Shown here: piece by piece, positions 37,011 to 47,264 of the stretch
Layout of the letters: each line of letters starts with the position of its first letter
How positions within the stretch are numbered: the first letter of the stretch is position 1
Origin: Candidatus Bathyarchaeota archaeon
GTDB lineage: Archaea > Thermoproteota > Bathyarchaeia > TCS64
Direction: 5' to 3'
Assembly (NCBI GenBank): GCA_043826455.1
Contig: JBDRQD010000046.1
Span: 1 to 64,000 of the forward strand
Length of the DNA stretch: 64,000 nucleotides
The notes under the pieces: generated by a model
What the model was told of the DNA's origin: nothing
The model's input: the letters and a program-made list of their open reading frames with translations, nothing else
Databases searched by the model: none
Translations under genes and position numbers: made by a program

Positions 37011-39926
37011 ATGGTTGACTGGAAACAGATCGAGGAGAAGTGGCAGAAACGGTGGGCCGAGGCAAAGGCATTCGAGACCGACCCCGACCCCGACAAGCCC
37101 AAGTTCTACCTGACAGTGGCGTACCCCTACCCCAACAGCCCCCAGCACATCGGCCACGGCCGCACGTACACCCTGACCGATGTGCACGCCAGGTACAAGC
37201 GGATGCACGGCTACAACGTGCTCCTGCCCATGGCCTGGCACTATACTGGTACTCCGCTGTTCGCCATGGTGGAGCGGCTTAAGGAGAAGGACCCAGCCCT
37301 CCTCGACACCTTCCTCAACCTTTACAACATCCCCAAGAAGAAGCTCAAAAGCCTGGAGGACCCCATCGCCATGGCCGAGTACTTCGCAGAGGAGATCAAG
37401 CACGGGATGCAGCGCATCGGGTACAGCATTGACTGGCGCCGCGAGTTCACTACGGTGGACGAGTACTACCACAAGTTCATAGAGTGGCAGTTCGAGAAGC
37501 TGCGGCAGCGCGGCTACATCACCCAGGGCAGCCACCCCGTGGGCTGGTGCCCAGGCTGCGGCAACCCCGTGGGCCAGCACGACACCGTGGGCGACAAGGA
37601 GCCCGAGATCGAGGAGTTCACGGTCATCAAGTTCACCAAGGACGACATGGTGTTCCCGGCGGGAACCCTGCGCCCCGAGACCGTGTTCGGGGTCACCAAC
37701 ATGTGGCTCAACCCCGACGCCGTCTACGTGGAGGCCAGGGTGGACGACGAGACCTGGGTGGTGAGCGCCGAGGCAGCCGACAAGATGCAGCTCCTGGGCC
37801 ACAAGTTGGAGATCATCAGCGAGTTCCAGGGAAGCCGCTTCATAGGCGCCACCCTCACCAACCCGGCCACAGGCAGAGAGATGCCCATACTGCCCGCCAC
37901 CTTCGTGGACCCCAAGGCGGTCACAGGCGTCGTCATGTCGGTGCCCGCCCACGCACCCTTCGACCTAGTCGCACTGGAGCAGCTGAAGCGGGACGTGAAG
38001 AAGAGCCCCAAGGACTACAAGTTCAAGCCCGAGGCCGTGAAGGACCTGGCGCCCATAAGCGTCATAGAGGCCAACGGCTACGGGGAGAGCCCCGCCGTGG
38101 ACGTCGTAGCCAAGATGGGCATCACCGACCAGAACGACGAGAGGCTCGAGAAGGCCACCAAGGAGGTTTACAGCGCAGAGTTCCACGGGGGCAGGATGAG
38201 AGGCAACACAGGCCAGTACTCTTCGCTACCCGTCCAGCAGGCCAAGGAGGCCGTCAAGCAGGACATGATCGCCAAGGGCACCGCCACCACCATGTACGAG
38301 CTCCTGGAGCCCATCAGGTGCCGCTGCGGCTCAGAGGTGGTCGTCAAGATATTCGAGAACCAGTGGTTCATCAACTACGGCGACCCGGCCTGGAAGAGGC
38401 TGGCCCACGAGAACATCGAGGCCATGGACATAGTGCCCAGGGAGCTACGGCAGGAGTACCATAACGTCATCGACTGGCTCAGAGAGAAGGCGTGCGCAAG
38501 GAAGGCCGGCCTGGGCACCAAGCTGCCCTGGGCCGAGGACTGGATCATCGAGGCCCTGAGCGACTCTGTGATTTACATGGCCTACTACACGGTCATCAAG
38601 GGCATCAACGAAGTGAAGCCGGAGCCCGAGCAGCTGACGGAGGACTTCTGGGACTACGTGTTCCTGGGCAGGGGCGACCCCCTGAAGGTGAGCGTCAAGA
38701 CAGGGTTCCCGGAGGATAAGCTGGGGGAGCTGCGCAGGGAGTTCACCTACTTCTACCCCATGGACGCCAGGCACAGCGGCCGCGACCTCATCAGCAACCA
38801 CCTCACATACATGGTGTTCTGCCACGACGGCATCTGGCCCAGAGACATGTGGCCCAGGGGCATCTACGTCAACGGCTCGGTGCTCATGGAGGGCGCCAAG
38901 ATGAGCAAGAGCCTCAACAACATAATACCCCTGATAAACGCCATCGACTTGTTCGGGGCCGACCCGCTGAGGCTGAGCCTCATGATCACCGCGGAGCCCC
39001 TCAAGGACGCCGACTTCAGCCCCGACCTGGCCAAGAGCATGAGGGACAACCTGGAGAAGTTCTACGCCAGGGCCCAGGAGATCATCAAGCAGGGCAAGGG
39101 CAGCCCCAAGGACCTGCGGGACATCGACCGCTGGATGCTCAGCAAGCTCCAGGGCTACATAGCCGAGGCCGACGAGGCCATGACCGAGCTGAAGATGAGG
39201 AAAACCATCCACGCCGCCCTATACGAGCTCAACCAGGACCTGGACTGGTACCTGAAACGCGTTGCCAGATACAGGGACAACAAGGACAGGAAGAAGGCCA
39301 TCCACCACGTGGAGTGGACTGTCCTGGACACCCAGGTCAGGATGCTCACCCCCTTCACACCCCACCTCAGCGAGGAGATATGGGAGATGATGAAAGGCGG
39401 CGGCTTCGTAGCCTTCGCCGAGTGGCCCAAGGTGGACCAGTCCCTCATCAGCAGGGACAGCGAGGAGCTGGAGAGGATAATCCAGAACAGCCTGGAGGAC
39501 GTCCAGAACATCACCAAGGTCACCAACATAACTCCGGCCAAGGTCCACTTCTACGCCGCCGACGGCTGGAAGTGGAAGATATACTTGAAGGCCCTGGAGC
39601 TGGCCAGGAGGAGCACCCTGGACGTGGGCACCCTCATCAAGGAGAGCTTCAAGGACGAGGAGATGAAGGTCCGCAGCAAGGTGGTGCCCGGCTTCGCCCG
39701 CGCCCTGGTGGACGACGTCATAAAGCTGCCCGCCCAAGACGTGGAGATGCGCCTCAAGATGGGGCAGCTCAACGAGGTCACCATACTGCAGGACGCCTCC
39801 AGCTTCCTGGAGGCCGAGTTCGGGTGCCCCGTGGTGTTCTCAGGGGAGTCTGACCCCTGGGTAGAGGACCCCGCCAAGCGCGCCAACAGGTCCAAGCCCT
39901 ACAGGCCGGCCATCTACGTCGAGTAG
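37011..39926 (+). CDS. leuS: Leucyl-tRNA synthetase (archaeal type)
   Basis: YPYP..HIGH, TLRPET, KMSKS, KPYRPAIYVE. Confidence 0.97.
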   Translation: MVDWKQIEEKWQKRWAEAKAFETDPDPDKPKFYLTVAYPYPNSPQHIGHGRTYTLTDVHARYKRMHGYNVLLPMAWHYTGTPLFAMVERLKEKDPALLDTFLNLYNIPKKKLKSLEDPIAMAEYFAEEIKHGMQRIGYSIDWRREFTTVDEYYHKFIEWQFEKLRQRGYITQGSHPVGWCPGCGNPVGQHDTVGDKEPEIEEFTVIKFTKDDMVFPAGTLRPETVFGVTNMWLNPDAVYVEARVDDETWVVSAEAADKMQLLGHKLEIISEFQGSRFIGATLTNPATGREMPILPATFVDPKAVTGVVMSVPAHAPFDLVALEQLKRDVKKSPKDYKFKPEAVKDLAPISVIEANGYGESPAVDVVAKMGITDQNDERLEKATKEVYSAEFHGGRMRGNTGQYSSLPVQQAKEAVKQDMIAKGTATTMYELLEPIRCRCGSEVVVKIFENQWFINYGDPAWKRLAHENIEAMDIVPRELRQEYHNVIDWLREKACARKAGLGTKLPWAEDWIIEALSDSVIYMAYYTVIKGINEVKPEPEQLTEDFWDYVFLGRGDPLKVSVKTGFPEDKLGELRREFTYFYPMDARHSGRDLISNHLTYMVFCHDGIWPRDMWPRGIYVNGSVLMEGAKMSKSLNNIIPLINAIDLFGADPLRLSLMITAEPLKDADFSPDLAKSMRDNLEKFYARAQEIIKQGKGSPKDLRDIDRWMLSKLQGYIAEADEAMTELKMRKTIHAALYELNQDLDWYLKRVARYRDNKDRKKAIHHVEWTVLDTQVRMLTPFTPHLSEEIWEMMKGGGFVAFAEWPKVDQSLISRDSEELERIIQNSLEDVQNITKVTNITPAKVHFYAADGWKWKIYLKALELARRSTLDVGTLIKESFKDEEMKVRSKVVPGFARALVDDVIKLPAQDVEMRLKMGQLNEVTILQDASSFLEAEFGCPVVFSGESDPWVEDPAKRANRSKPYRPAIYVE

Positions 39927-39959
39927 AGGCCCTAATTTATATTTTACAGGTTTTTAAGC

Positions 39960-40010
39960 ACGAAGAAAAAGATGGAAAATTTTTTCCGCCTTATATCCTC
40001 TAGGACGGTA
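39960..40010 (+). repeat. Dispersed element partial copy E4 (core B only)
   Basis: agatggaaaattttttccgcctta at 39970-39993 matches 25737-25760 and 55605-55628. Confidence 0.7.
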
Positions 40011-40033
40011 CAAGCCAGCTACAGTGACGGGGG

Positions 40034-40693
40034 CTACCCGATGTTTATCTTGACGCCACTGAAGCCGGCGTCGGTCCTGAACCTGCCCTCGAAGAGCTGG
40101 TGGAAGCCCTGGAACTGCTCGTCCAGGCCGTCCAGCTCGAACTTGTAGAAGCCGCCCCTCGTCCTTATCTCCAGCTTATAGTAGACCTGCTCCACGGCCT
40201 CGCCCCCCCTGCCCCTGCGGTCACTGAACAGGCTCACCGTCTCCACGGAGTCATTGGGCAACACCTCAGAGCCCGGGTTATCGGCAACCACAGCCTCGTA
40301 GGTCCACCCCATGAACCTGTCAGCGTACCTGAAGCTGGTGCCCAGCTGGGCGCCCCACTGGTCCCAGAACCCCTTACCCTCGCCCTTTGCCTTGTCCCTG
40401 GCCTCATTGACGGCCTTGTTGATGGCTTCCCCCGTGAGGGGCACCAGGATCATCCTCTGAGGCGTCACCAAGAGGTTGAAGGTGTCCCACCTGCCGAAGC
40501 TCTTAGGCTTCTTCAAGCCGGTGACGGCAATGACCACCACCTCACCCACCTGCTGGCCACGCGAACCCTGGGCTGCCAGCGGAGGCGACTGGGCCTGCTG
40601 AGGCGAAGCCGCCTGCTTCAAGGCAGCGCCGCAGTCGCTACAGAACTTGTCCCCAGGCTGCACCTGGGCCCCACAGTTGGAGCAGAAAGGCAT
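40034..40693 (-). CDS. Zinc-ribbon domain protein
   Basis: FCSNCG...FCSDCG N-terminus. Confidence 0.8.
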   Translation of the reverse strand: MPFCSNCGAQVQPGDKFCSDCGAALKQAASPQQAQSPPLAAQGSRGQQVGEVVVIAVTGLKKPKSFGRWDTFNLLVTPQRMILVPLTGEAINKAVNEARDKAKGEGKGFWDQWGAQLGTSFRYADRFMGWTYEAVVADNPGSEVLPNDSVETVSLFSDRRGRGGEAVEQVYYKLEIRTRGGFYKFELDGLDEQFQGFHQLFEGRFRTDAGFSGVKINIG

Positions 40694-40796
40694 AACGATT
40701 CCTTCTATCAAGCGCCGCAGGCCCGTTTATCACCCTTTCGGGCAACTCGAAGGCGCCTGTAAAGGTTTTTATGGGCTCCACGTTCACTCGGAGTGA

Positions 40797-41786
40797 ATGA
40801 TAGCGCTAGGCGTCGAGTCCACGGCGGACAACCTGGGCATAGGCATAGTGTCCAGCGACAAACGCGTCCTAGCCAACATACTGGACGTCCACGTCCCCCA
40901 GGAGGGCGGCATCCACCCACGGGAGGCCGCCAGGCACCACAGCGAGCAGATGGGCGCCACCGTCAGGAAGGCCCTCGACACCGCCGGCATAAGCATCAGC
41001 GAGGTGGACATCATAGCCTTCGCCCAGGGACCCGGCCTCGGCCCCTGCCTCAGAACCGGAGCCACCAGCGCCCGCGCCCTCGCCAGCTACCTGAACAAGC
41101 CCCTGGTGGGCGTCAACCACTGCGTCGCCCACGTGGAGATAGGCCGCATGGCCACAGGCGCAGAGGACCCCCTCACCCTATACGTCTCGGGGGGCAACAC
41201 CATAGTCAGCGGCTACGAGTCGGGCAGGTACCGCATATTCGGGGAGACCCTGGATATAGCCGTGGGCAACTGCCTAGACAGCTTCGCCCGGGCCGCCGGC
41301 CTCGAGTACCCCGGAGGCCCCGACATAGAGCGGAAGGCCGCCCAGGGCGAGAAGCTGATACCGCTACCCTACACGGTGAAGGGCATGGACCTCAGCTACA
41401 GCGGCCTGCTGACGGCCATCACAGCCGAACTCCAGACGGGCAGGCACAGAATCGAGGACCTGTGCTTCAGCCTTCAGGAAACGGCCTACGCCATGCTGGG
41501 GGAGATCACGGAGCGGGCTCTGGCCCACACCGCCAAGCCCGAGCTGCTCCTAACCGGCGGCGTCGCCGCCAACAAGCGGCTGGGCAGCATCGTCAAGGCT
41601 ATCGCGGAGGAGCACGGCGCCAAGCCCTTCGTGGTACCGATAAGGCTGGCGGCGGACAACGGCGCCATGATCGCGTGGACAGGGATACTCGCGTACAACT
41701 CCGGCATCAGGACACCCATAGAGGAGAGCCTCGTGAACCCAAGCTGGAGAATGGATCAGGTGGAGGTACCATGGCGAAGCTCATAG
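40797..41786 (+). CDS. kae1: KEOPS t6A synthase Kae1
   Basis: LGVESTA, GPGLGPCL, HCVAHVE, VSGGNT, DNGAMIA. Confidence 0.97.
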   Translation: MIALGVESTADNLGIGIVSSDKRVLANILDVHVPQEGGIHPREAARHHSEQMGATVRKALDTAGISISEVDIIAFAQGPGLGPCLRTGATSARALASYLNKPLVGVNHCVAHVEIGRMATGAEDPLTLYVSGGNTIVSGYESGRYRIFGETLDIAVGNCLDSFARAAGLEYPGGPDIERKAAQGEKLIPLPYTVKGMDLSYSGLLTAITAELQTGRHRIEDLCFSLQETAYAMLGEITERALAHTAKPELLLTGGVAANKRLGSIVKAIAEEHGAKPFVVPIRLAADNGAMIAWTGILAYNSGIRTPIEESLVNPSWRMDQVEVPWRSS

Positions 41787-42400
41787 CCAGAGGCGCCGAG
41801 GCCGACCTCATCCTCACAGACTGGAACGGGCTCAGAGCCCTCGTCAAGACCCGTAAACCAAAGAAGTACAGGCACCCCGAGCTGGACAGGCAGCTCAGGA
41901 AGACCCGCACCAGGGCCGAGGCGGACATCATCCACAGGGTCAAGGCGGCCGGCGTACCAACACCCCTCCTATACCAGGTGGACCCCGAGAACGCCATCAT
42001 AGTCATGGAGTACATCGACGGCGTCAAGGTCCGGGACCTGGTGGACAGGTTAAACGACGAGGATAGGCGAACCCTGTTCCTAAGGATCGGCCGCTACGCG
42101 GGCACGCTACACGGCATGGGCGTCATCCACGGGGACCTCACCACCAGCAACATAATAAAAAGCGGGGACAGGATCGTGTTCATAGACTTCGGCCTCAGCG
42201 AGGTGAGCCGGGAAGTGGAGAAACGGGGCGTGGACCTGAACCTCATGAACAGGATGCTCACCAGCACACACTACAGGCACCAGGAGGCCCTGCTCGAAGC
42301 CTTCAAGGCCGGTTACAGGGAGACCAACCCGGAGGCCGAGGAAGCCCTCCAGCGGATGGAGGAGGTCGCCCGGAGGGGACGCTACATTGAGAAGAACTAG
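41771..42400 (+). CDS. bud32: KEOPS kinase Bud32
   Basis: RGAEA, HGDLTTSN, IDFGL, RGRY; ATG at 41771 after ggagg. Confidence 0.95.
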   Translation: MAKLIARGAEADLILTDWNGLRALVKTRKPKKYRHPELDRQLRKTRTRAEADIIHRVKAAGVPTPLLYQVDPENAIIVMEYIDGVKVRDLVDRLNDEDRRTLFLRIGRYAGTLHGMGVIHGDLTTSNIIKSGDRIVFIDFGLSEVSREVEKRGVDLNLMNRMLTSTHYRHQEALLEAFKAGYRETNPEAEEALQRMEEVARRGRYIEKN

Positions 42401-42944
42401 GATATGGATGGGCACCAGCAGCGACCACAAATACGAGGAAGCAAAGGAAGTGCTCGCGGAGTACGGCGTCGAGCTGGAGCGCCTGGGCATAGACCGCGTA
42501 GAGATACAGGCGGACGACCCGGAGATCATCGCAGAGTTCAGCCTAAGGCAGCTGGACGTGGACGTGCCCATACTCATCGAGGACGCGGGCCTCTACATAG
42601 ACAAGTACTTCGGGTTCCCGGGCCCCTACAGCAGCTACACCCTCCGCACCATCAGCAACGAGGGCATACTCAAGCTCATGGAGGGCGAAGAAGAGCGCGG
42701 CGCCCGCTACCTCTCGGCTGTGGCCTACCGCGACGGCGACACCTCGGTCACCTTCACCGGCGAGGTCCGCGGAGTGATAGCCCACGAGTGCAGGGGCACC
42801 GGGGGCTTCGGCTACGACCCCATCTTCATCCCTGATGAGGGGGACTGGCGAACTTTCGGCGAGATGACCCCCGAGGAGAAGGCCAGAATAAGCCACAGGG
42901 CCAGAGCCTTCAGGAAGCTGGGGGAGTGGCTCAGGAAACAGTAG
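42387..42944 (+). CDS. rdgB: Non-canonical purine NTP pyrophosphatase (RdgB/HAM1)
   Basis: EDAGL, FPGPYS, GFGYDPIF, SHRARA. Confidence 0.95.
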   Translation: MRRTRIWMGTSSDHKYEEAKEVLAEYGVELERLGIDRVEIQADDPEIIAEFSLRQLDVDVPILIEDAGLYIDKYFGFPGPYSSYTLRTISNEGILKLMEGEEERGARYLSAVAYRDGDTSVTFTGEVRGVIAHECRGTGGFGYDPIFIPDEGDWRTFGEMTPEEKARISHRARAFRKLGEWLRKQ

Positions 42945-42948
42945 CCTA

Positions 42949-43887
42949 CTAGGCCAGAATTTCGGGCCACCTGTCGATCATGTACTTGGTGGCGTCCGCT
43001 ATCTCGAAGGGCCTCGAACCGTTGCCCGTGCGCACGTAGAAGTGCTGCTTGCCCTTGTGGCTCATGAAGGCGGGTTCCTGGCTGCTCTGCACGGTGACGC
43101 GGCACACCTCCATGCCGTCCACCTCGTAGAATCTGAACCTGACGTACCTGAGGTACAGGTCCCCGATCTTGTTGGAGATCTGGTTGATGATATAGTTCTC
43201 GAAGCCGTCCCTGTTGGGCTTAGGCAGTGTCCGGTAGTCGTGCCCCAGGCCCACCACGGCTCGGTCATCGTTCACACCTATGACCAGCTCGCCGCCGTCA
43301 GCGTTCATGAAGGCGCACAGCGTCTTCAGGCAGTTGACCTCAAGCTCCTGGTCCACACACTTGCCCCGGGTGTTGTACCTGAGGCTGGCCTTGAACTCCA
43401 GGTGGGGCCCCTCGTCCAGGTTTATAAGCTCCTCCACGTCCGGGGGGGCATTGAGCTCCCAGCTGTTCTTGGCGTAGTTCCTCATTATCTCGGGCTGAAG
43501 GCTGGCGATGTCGGTTAGGCTCAGGATGCCCAGGACCTTCCCCCCGTCTCGGGGGTGGATGACGGGCAGCTTCTTGATCCGTTTGTTGAGCATGATCTTG
43601 CCGGCCTCCTCTAGGCTCATCTCGGGGTCAGCCGAGATGACGGACCGGGTCATGACTTCCTCCACGGCGGTGACCTTGGGGTCCCTGCCGCTGGCCACCA
43701 CCCTCTGAAGGACGTCCCTCTCCGTGAGTATCCCGTCCACGTTGCCGCTGCCCGAGACGATGACGCTGCTGATGCCGAACCGGGTCATCACCCGGGCCGC
43801 GTCCTCCACGGACTCGACGGGGGAAATGGAGACGACGCTGAGAGTCATAAGGTCCTTTACCTTGAGGGCCGAAGCTTGTGGCCTCAT
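42949..43887 (-). CDS. CBS-pair fused to Schlafen AlbA_2 domain
   Basis: Two CBS repeats, then EGPHLEFK, CAFMNADGGELVIGVND, FYVRTG. Confidence 0.85.
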   Translation of the reverse strand: MRPQASALKVKDLMTLSVVSISPVESVEDAARVMTRFGISSVIVSGSGNVDGILTERDVLQRVVASGRDPKVTAVEEVMTRSVISADPEMSLEEAGKIMLNKRIKKLPVIHPRDGGKVLGILSLTDIASLQPEIMRNYAKNSWELNAPPDVEELINLDEGPHLEFKASLRYNTRGKCVDQELEVNCLKTLCAFMNADGGELVIGVNDDRAVVGLGHDYRTLPKPNRDGFENYIINQISNKIGDLYLRYVRFRFYEVDGMEVCRVTVQSSQEPAFMSHKGKQHFYVRTGNGSRPFEIADATKYMIDRWPEILA

Positions 43888-44044
43888 AGCGTTCTTCCCT
43901 CAGCCGTGAGCCTATTGATGGTTATGGAGCATTGTACTAGAGCCTTAAAGGGGTTTAATTATCCCTGAGTTTATCGGTGGCTGAAGATAACCCCAGGCCT
44001 CCAGACATATGGATAGACGCATGTGATGAGCGTCGGTGCGAAGG

Positions 44045-44968
44045 TCACATCGTCTTGTGCCAGTAATAGTAGTCATACCTCTCAGTGAACCCAGTCACCT
44101 CGTACAGCCGGTTCGCCGCCGGGTTGTCCGCTGCCCCGCCGATGTAAAGCAGCGCCGGATCATACCTCTCCAGGCGCCTGAAGCCCTCGCATAGTAGGGC
44201 CCTCGCAAGGCCTCGCCCACGGTACTCCGGGAGGGTCCCCATCGGCTCCAGCTCGGTTATACCGCTGGGAGGGTCCAGCCTGAAGGTGCAGAACGACGCT
44301 ATCTTCCCGTCCTGGTCAACGGCCACGAGGTCAAGGTCCTTATGATAGAACGACGCGCGGGAGGTCTCCTCCAAGACCTCCTTGGTGAACCACTCACCGT
44401 GCCCGAAGACAGCCCTGACGCCCCTGGCGATCTCCTCAAAGTCCTTCTCAGGGCATACGGACCGCACCTCAAACCCGTCCGGGACCCTGTAGCCGGGAAT
44501 GGGGGCGTCCACGTCGCGCAGACGCAGTATACCGTAGACCGCCCCTCTCTCGAAGCCGTGCCTCCGGAGCGCCTTCTCCCTCGCCGGGTTCCCCTCGAGG
44601 GCGACGACTGAGAGCCTCAGCCCCCCGGGCTCCGCCCTCTGAGCGGCGCTGTGATCCTCGATCCATTGGATGATCTCCTCCTCGAGGAAGCTGTGGTCAG
44701 GGTGGATCTGGATGAAATAGCGGAACTTGGCCTCGGGGTTGGCCACCGCCAGTATCCTCGGCCTCTGCTCTCCACTGCAGAACTCCCATATGCGTGTGTC
44801 GGACTCCATTCCTCTGCCGCTGTTCTCGAAGCGGGGTGGCAGCCAGTTGTGAAGGCTAGCAGTCTCGGAGTAGGTGTCCCGGAGAAAGCTCATTACCGCC
44901 TGGAAATCGTCTTCGCGTCGGTACCCGCGTGAAGATACTGGCATGCGTATTGGTGTCATGGGGATCAA
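44045..44968 (-). CDS. GNAT family acetyltransferase
   Basis: EPMGTLPEYRGRGLARALL, ANRLYEVTGF. Confidence 0.88.
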   Translation of the reverse strand: MIPMTPIRMPVSSRGYRREDDFQAVMSFLRDTYSETASLHNWLPPRFENSGRGMESDTRIWEFCSGEQRPRILAVANPEAKFRYFIQIHPDHSFLEEEIIQWIEDHSAAQRAEPGGLRLSVVALEGNPAREKALRRHGFERGAVYGILRLRDVDAPIPGYRVPDGFEVRSVCPEKDFEEIARGVRAVFGHGEWFTKEVLEETSRASFYHKDLDLVAVDQDGKIASFCTFRLDPPSGITELEPMGTLPEYRGRGLARALLCEGFRRLERYDPALLYIGGAADNPAANRLYEVTGFTERYDYYYWHKTM

Positions 44969-45153
44969 ATTATCTCTTCTGGACGCGTTCGCTGTCCAGA
45001 TAACAAGCGCAGTAAAATAGTTGTCAACGCCCCAGCTTCAGTAAAACTAAAAGGAATAGCTGTTTTTAGTTATTTTTATTACAAGATAACGATACCAAAA
45101 ACCTTTTTATAGGCAGCAGAGTCTAACCTTAGAGCACCCGGAGAAAACACAGA

Positions 45154-45600
45154 ATGGTAGGAAAACTCTCAACGATGCGGGGCGGAAGCCGAAGCACCAG
45201 GCCGGTGAGCAAGAGGCCCCCCAACTGGGTAGTCTACCAGCCCGACGAAGTACAGGCACTCATCATAAACCTGACCAGGGAGGGCAAGACCCAGAGCCAG
45301 ATAGGCAACATCCTCAGAGACGTCCACGGAGTGCCTCTGGTCAAGCCTATAGTGGGCCACGGCATCAGGAAGGTCCTGGACGAGGCCGGGCTAGCTCCCA
45401 AGATCCCCGAGGACATCTACAACCTGATGGTGGTCGCCACGCGCCTCCGGAGACACCTGGACCGTAACCCCAAGGACTTTCACAACAAGAGGAGCCTCCA
45501 GCTGACGGAGAGCAAGATATACAGGCTCACCCGGTTCTACAAGAAGCGGGGACTTCTGCCCAAGGACTGGAGTCACAGGCAGGAGATAGTCACCGTCTAG
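45154..45600 (+). CDS. rps15: 30S ribosomal protein S15 (uS15)
   Basis: IGNILRDVHG, PEDIYNL, ESKIYRL. Confidence 0.96.
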   Translation: MVGKLSTMRGGSRSTRPVSKRPPNWVVYQPDEVQALIINLTREGKTQSQIGNILRDVHGVPLVKPIVGHGIRKVLDEAGLAPKIPEDIYNLMVVATRLRRHLDRNPKDFHNKRSLQLTESKIYRLTRFYKKRGLLPKDWSHRQEIVTV

Positions 45601-45610
45601 CGGGGTCCCT

Positions 45611-47032
45611 ATGGCCCAGCCTGACGGCTTCCTTCGATCCTTTGCGCCCGCAGTCCACCTCTTTCGTGAGCACGCCAGTAGAGGCAGCAGGATACGTATT
45701 GTGACCCACAACGACGCTGACGGCCTCAGCAGCGGAGGCATAGTCTGCGTCGCCGCCCACAGGGCGGGAGCGTCTTTCAGGGTGACAAGCGAGAAGAAGC
45801 TGGACGAGAAGCTGGCCCGGAGCCTGGGGGATGAGAACCCGCCCCTGACGGTGTTCACTGACTTCGGCAGCGGCTACCTGGACATCATCTCGGAGAACCT
45901 GAGCCGTGACGTCATAGTGCTGGATCACCACCTGTGCCAGGAGGCTGAGGCGGCCAACATTGTCCACGTGAACCCCATGCTCCACGGTATCGACGGGGCC
46001 AGGGACATTGCGGCCTCGGGCATCAGCTACCTCTTCGCCAAGGCCCTTGACCCCAGGAACATGGACCTGAGCTGCCTGGGCCTCATAGGGGCCCTGGGGG
46101 ACCAGCAGGACAAGGGGGAGCGCAAGTCTCTCGCCGGCCTCAACGCGCTCATCGAGGAGGACGCAACAGGCGCTGGGCTCCTGGAGAAGCACGTGGGCCT
46201 CATCTTCTACGGGTACGAGACCAGGCCCCTGCCCAGAGCCATCGCCTACACCACAACCCCCTACATTCCTGGACTGAGCGGCAACGAGGGCAACTGCGTG
46301 GCCTTCCTCAAGCAGATAGGGATAGAGCTGAGCAAGGGGGAGCAGCTCAGGGCCCTCGCGGACCTCACGGAGGACGAGAAGCGCACCCTCTTCAGCGCCC
46401 TCAGCAGCCACATGGTGAGCACCGGCTGCGACCCGGGGAGCGTCCACGAGCTCATAGGCACCATCTACACCTTCAGGCTGGAGGACCCCGGCACCGCCCT
46501 CAGGAGCGGCCGCGAGTACGCCAGCCTCCTCAACGCCTGTGGCAGGATGGGGAAGGGGGGGCTCGGCCTCAGCATATGCCTCGGGGACAGGGGGGAGGCC
46601 ATGGAGGAGGCCCAGCAGACCCTGGACGAGTACCGCCGCAGGATCGGCTCGGCCCTGGACCTGGTGCAGATGAAGGGCATGGTGGAGGAGCTGGAGGGCA
46701 TCTACGTGATCCGGGCCGGGGACAGGATAGACGACACAGTCATAGGCGTCGTCTCAGGCATCCTTCTTAGTCAGGGGATGCTGAAGGCCACGAAGCCCAT
46801 AGTTGCCACGGCCCTCAGCGAGGACGACCAGGTAAAGGTCTCCGCCAGGGGCACCGAGGAGCTGGCCAAAGGGGGTCTCCACATGGGCAAGGTGATGCAG
46901 GAGGCGGCTGAGGCCCTGGGGGGCGGCGGCGGTGGACATGACGTGGCGGCCGGAGCATACGTACCTGTTGATAAGGAGGAAGATTTCATAGCTAAGGTGA
47001 ACAGCCTTGTCCGGGAGAAGCACGCCGAGTGA
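45611..47032 (+). CDS. DHH/RecJ-like phosphoesterase
   Basis: HNDADG, TDFGSG, LDHH, GGGHDVAAG. Confidence 0.92.
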   Translation: MAQPDGFLRSFAPAVHLFREHASRGSRIRIVTHNDADGLSSGGIVCVAAHRAGASFRVTSEKKLDEKLARSLGDENPPLTVFTDFGSGYLDIISENLSRDVIVLDHHLCQEAEAANIVHVNPMLHGIDGARDIAASGISYLFAKALDPRNMDLSCLGLIGALGDQQDKGERKSLAGLNALIEEDATGAGLLEKHVGLIFYGYETRPLPRAIAYTTTPYIPGLSGNEGNCVAFLKQIGIELSKGEQLRALADLTEDEKRTLFSALSSHMVSTGCDPGSVHELIGTIYTFRLEDPGTALRSGREYASLLNACGRMGKGGLGLSICLGDRGEAMEEAQQTLDEYRRRIGSALDLVQMKGMVEELEGIYVIRAGDRIDDTVIGVVSGILLSQGMLKATKPIVATALSEDDQVKVSARGTEELAKGGLHMGKVMQEAAEALGGGGGGHDVAAGAYVPVDKEEDFIAKVNSLVREKHAE

Positions 47033-47264
47033 GACTAGGATCACCATCAGGTACAGCAGCCCCGAGGCCGCTGAGGCCATAATGAGGGCCATCGCGCCGG
47101 ACAACACGGGGGCCCCGGAGGGTATGAGCATTGAGGCTCATGTGGATGGAAGCACTCTCAGCGTCGACGTCGTGAGCAGCAGGGGTCTGGGAAGCCTGGT
47201 GTCCACCTTGGACGACCTTCTCAGCTGCGTCCAGGCCGCCGAGGCGGCTTTAAAACAGTTATAG
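47007..47264 (+). CDS. pcc1: KEOPS subunit Pcc1 (start uncertain)
   Basis: AEAIMRAIAPDN...LVSTLDDLLSC; conserved position after the DHH gene. Confidence 0.85.
   Translation: MSGRSTPSETRITIRYSSPEAAEAIMRAIAPDNTGAPEGMSIEAHVDGSTLSVDVVSSRGLGSLVSTLDDLLSCVQAAEAALKQL

Noticed and set aside
40793..42400. 535-aa ORF suggesting a Kae1-Bud32 fusion
   Set aside because: Kae1 is in another frame; the extension is an alternative-frame read of kae1 and Bud32 has its own SD and ATG at 41771.
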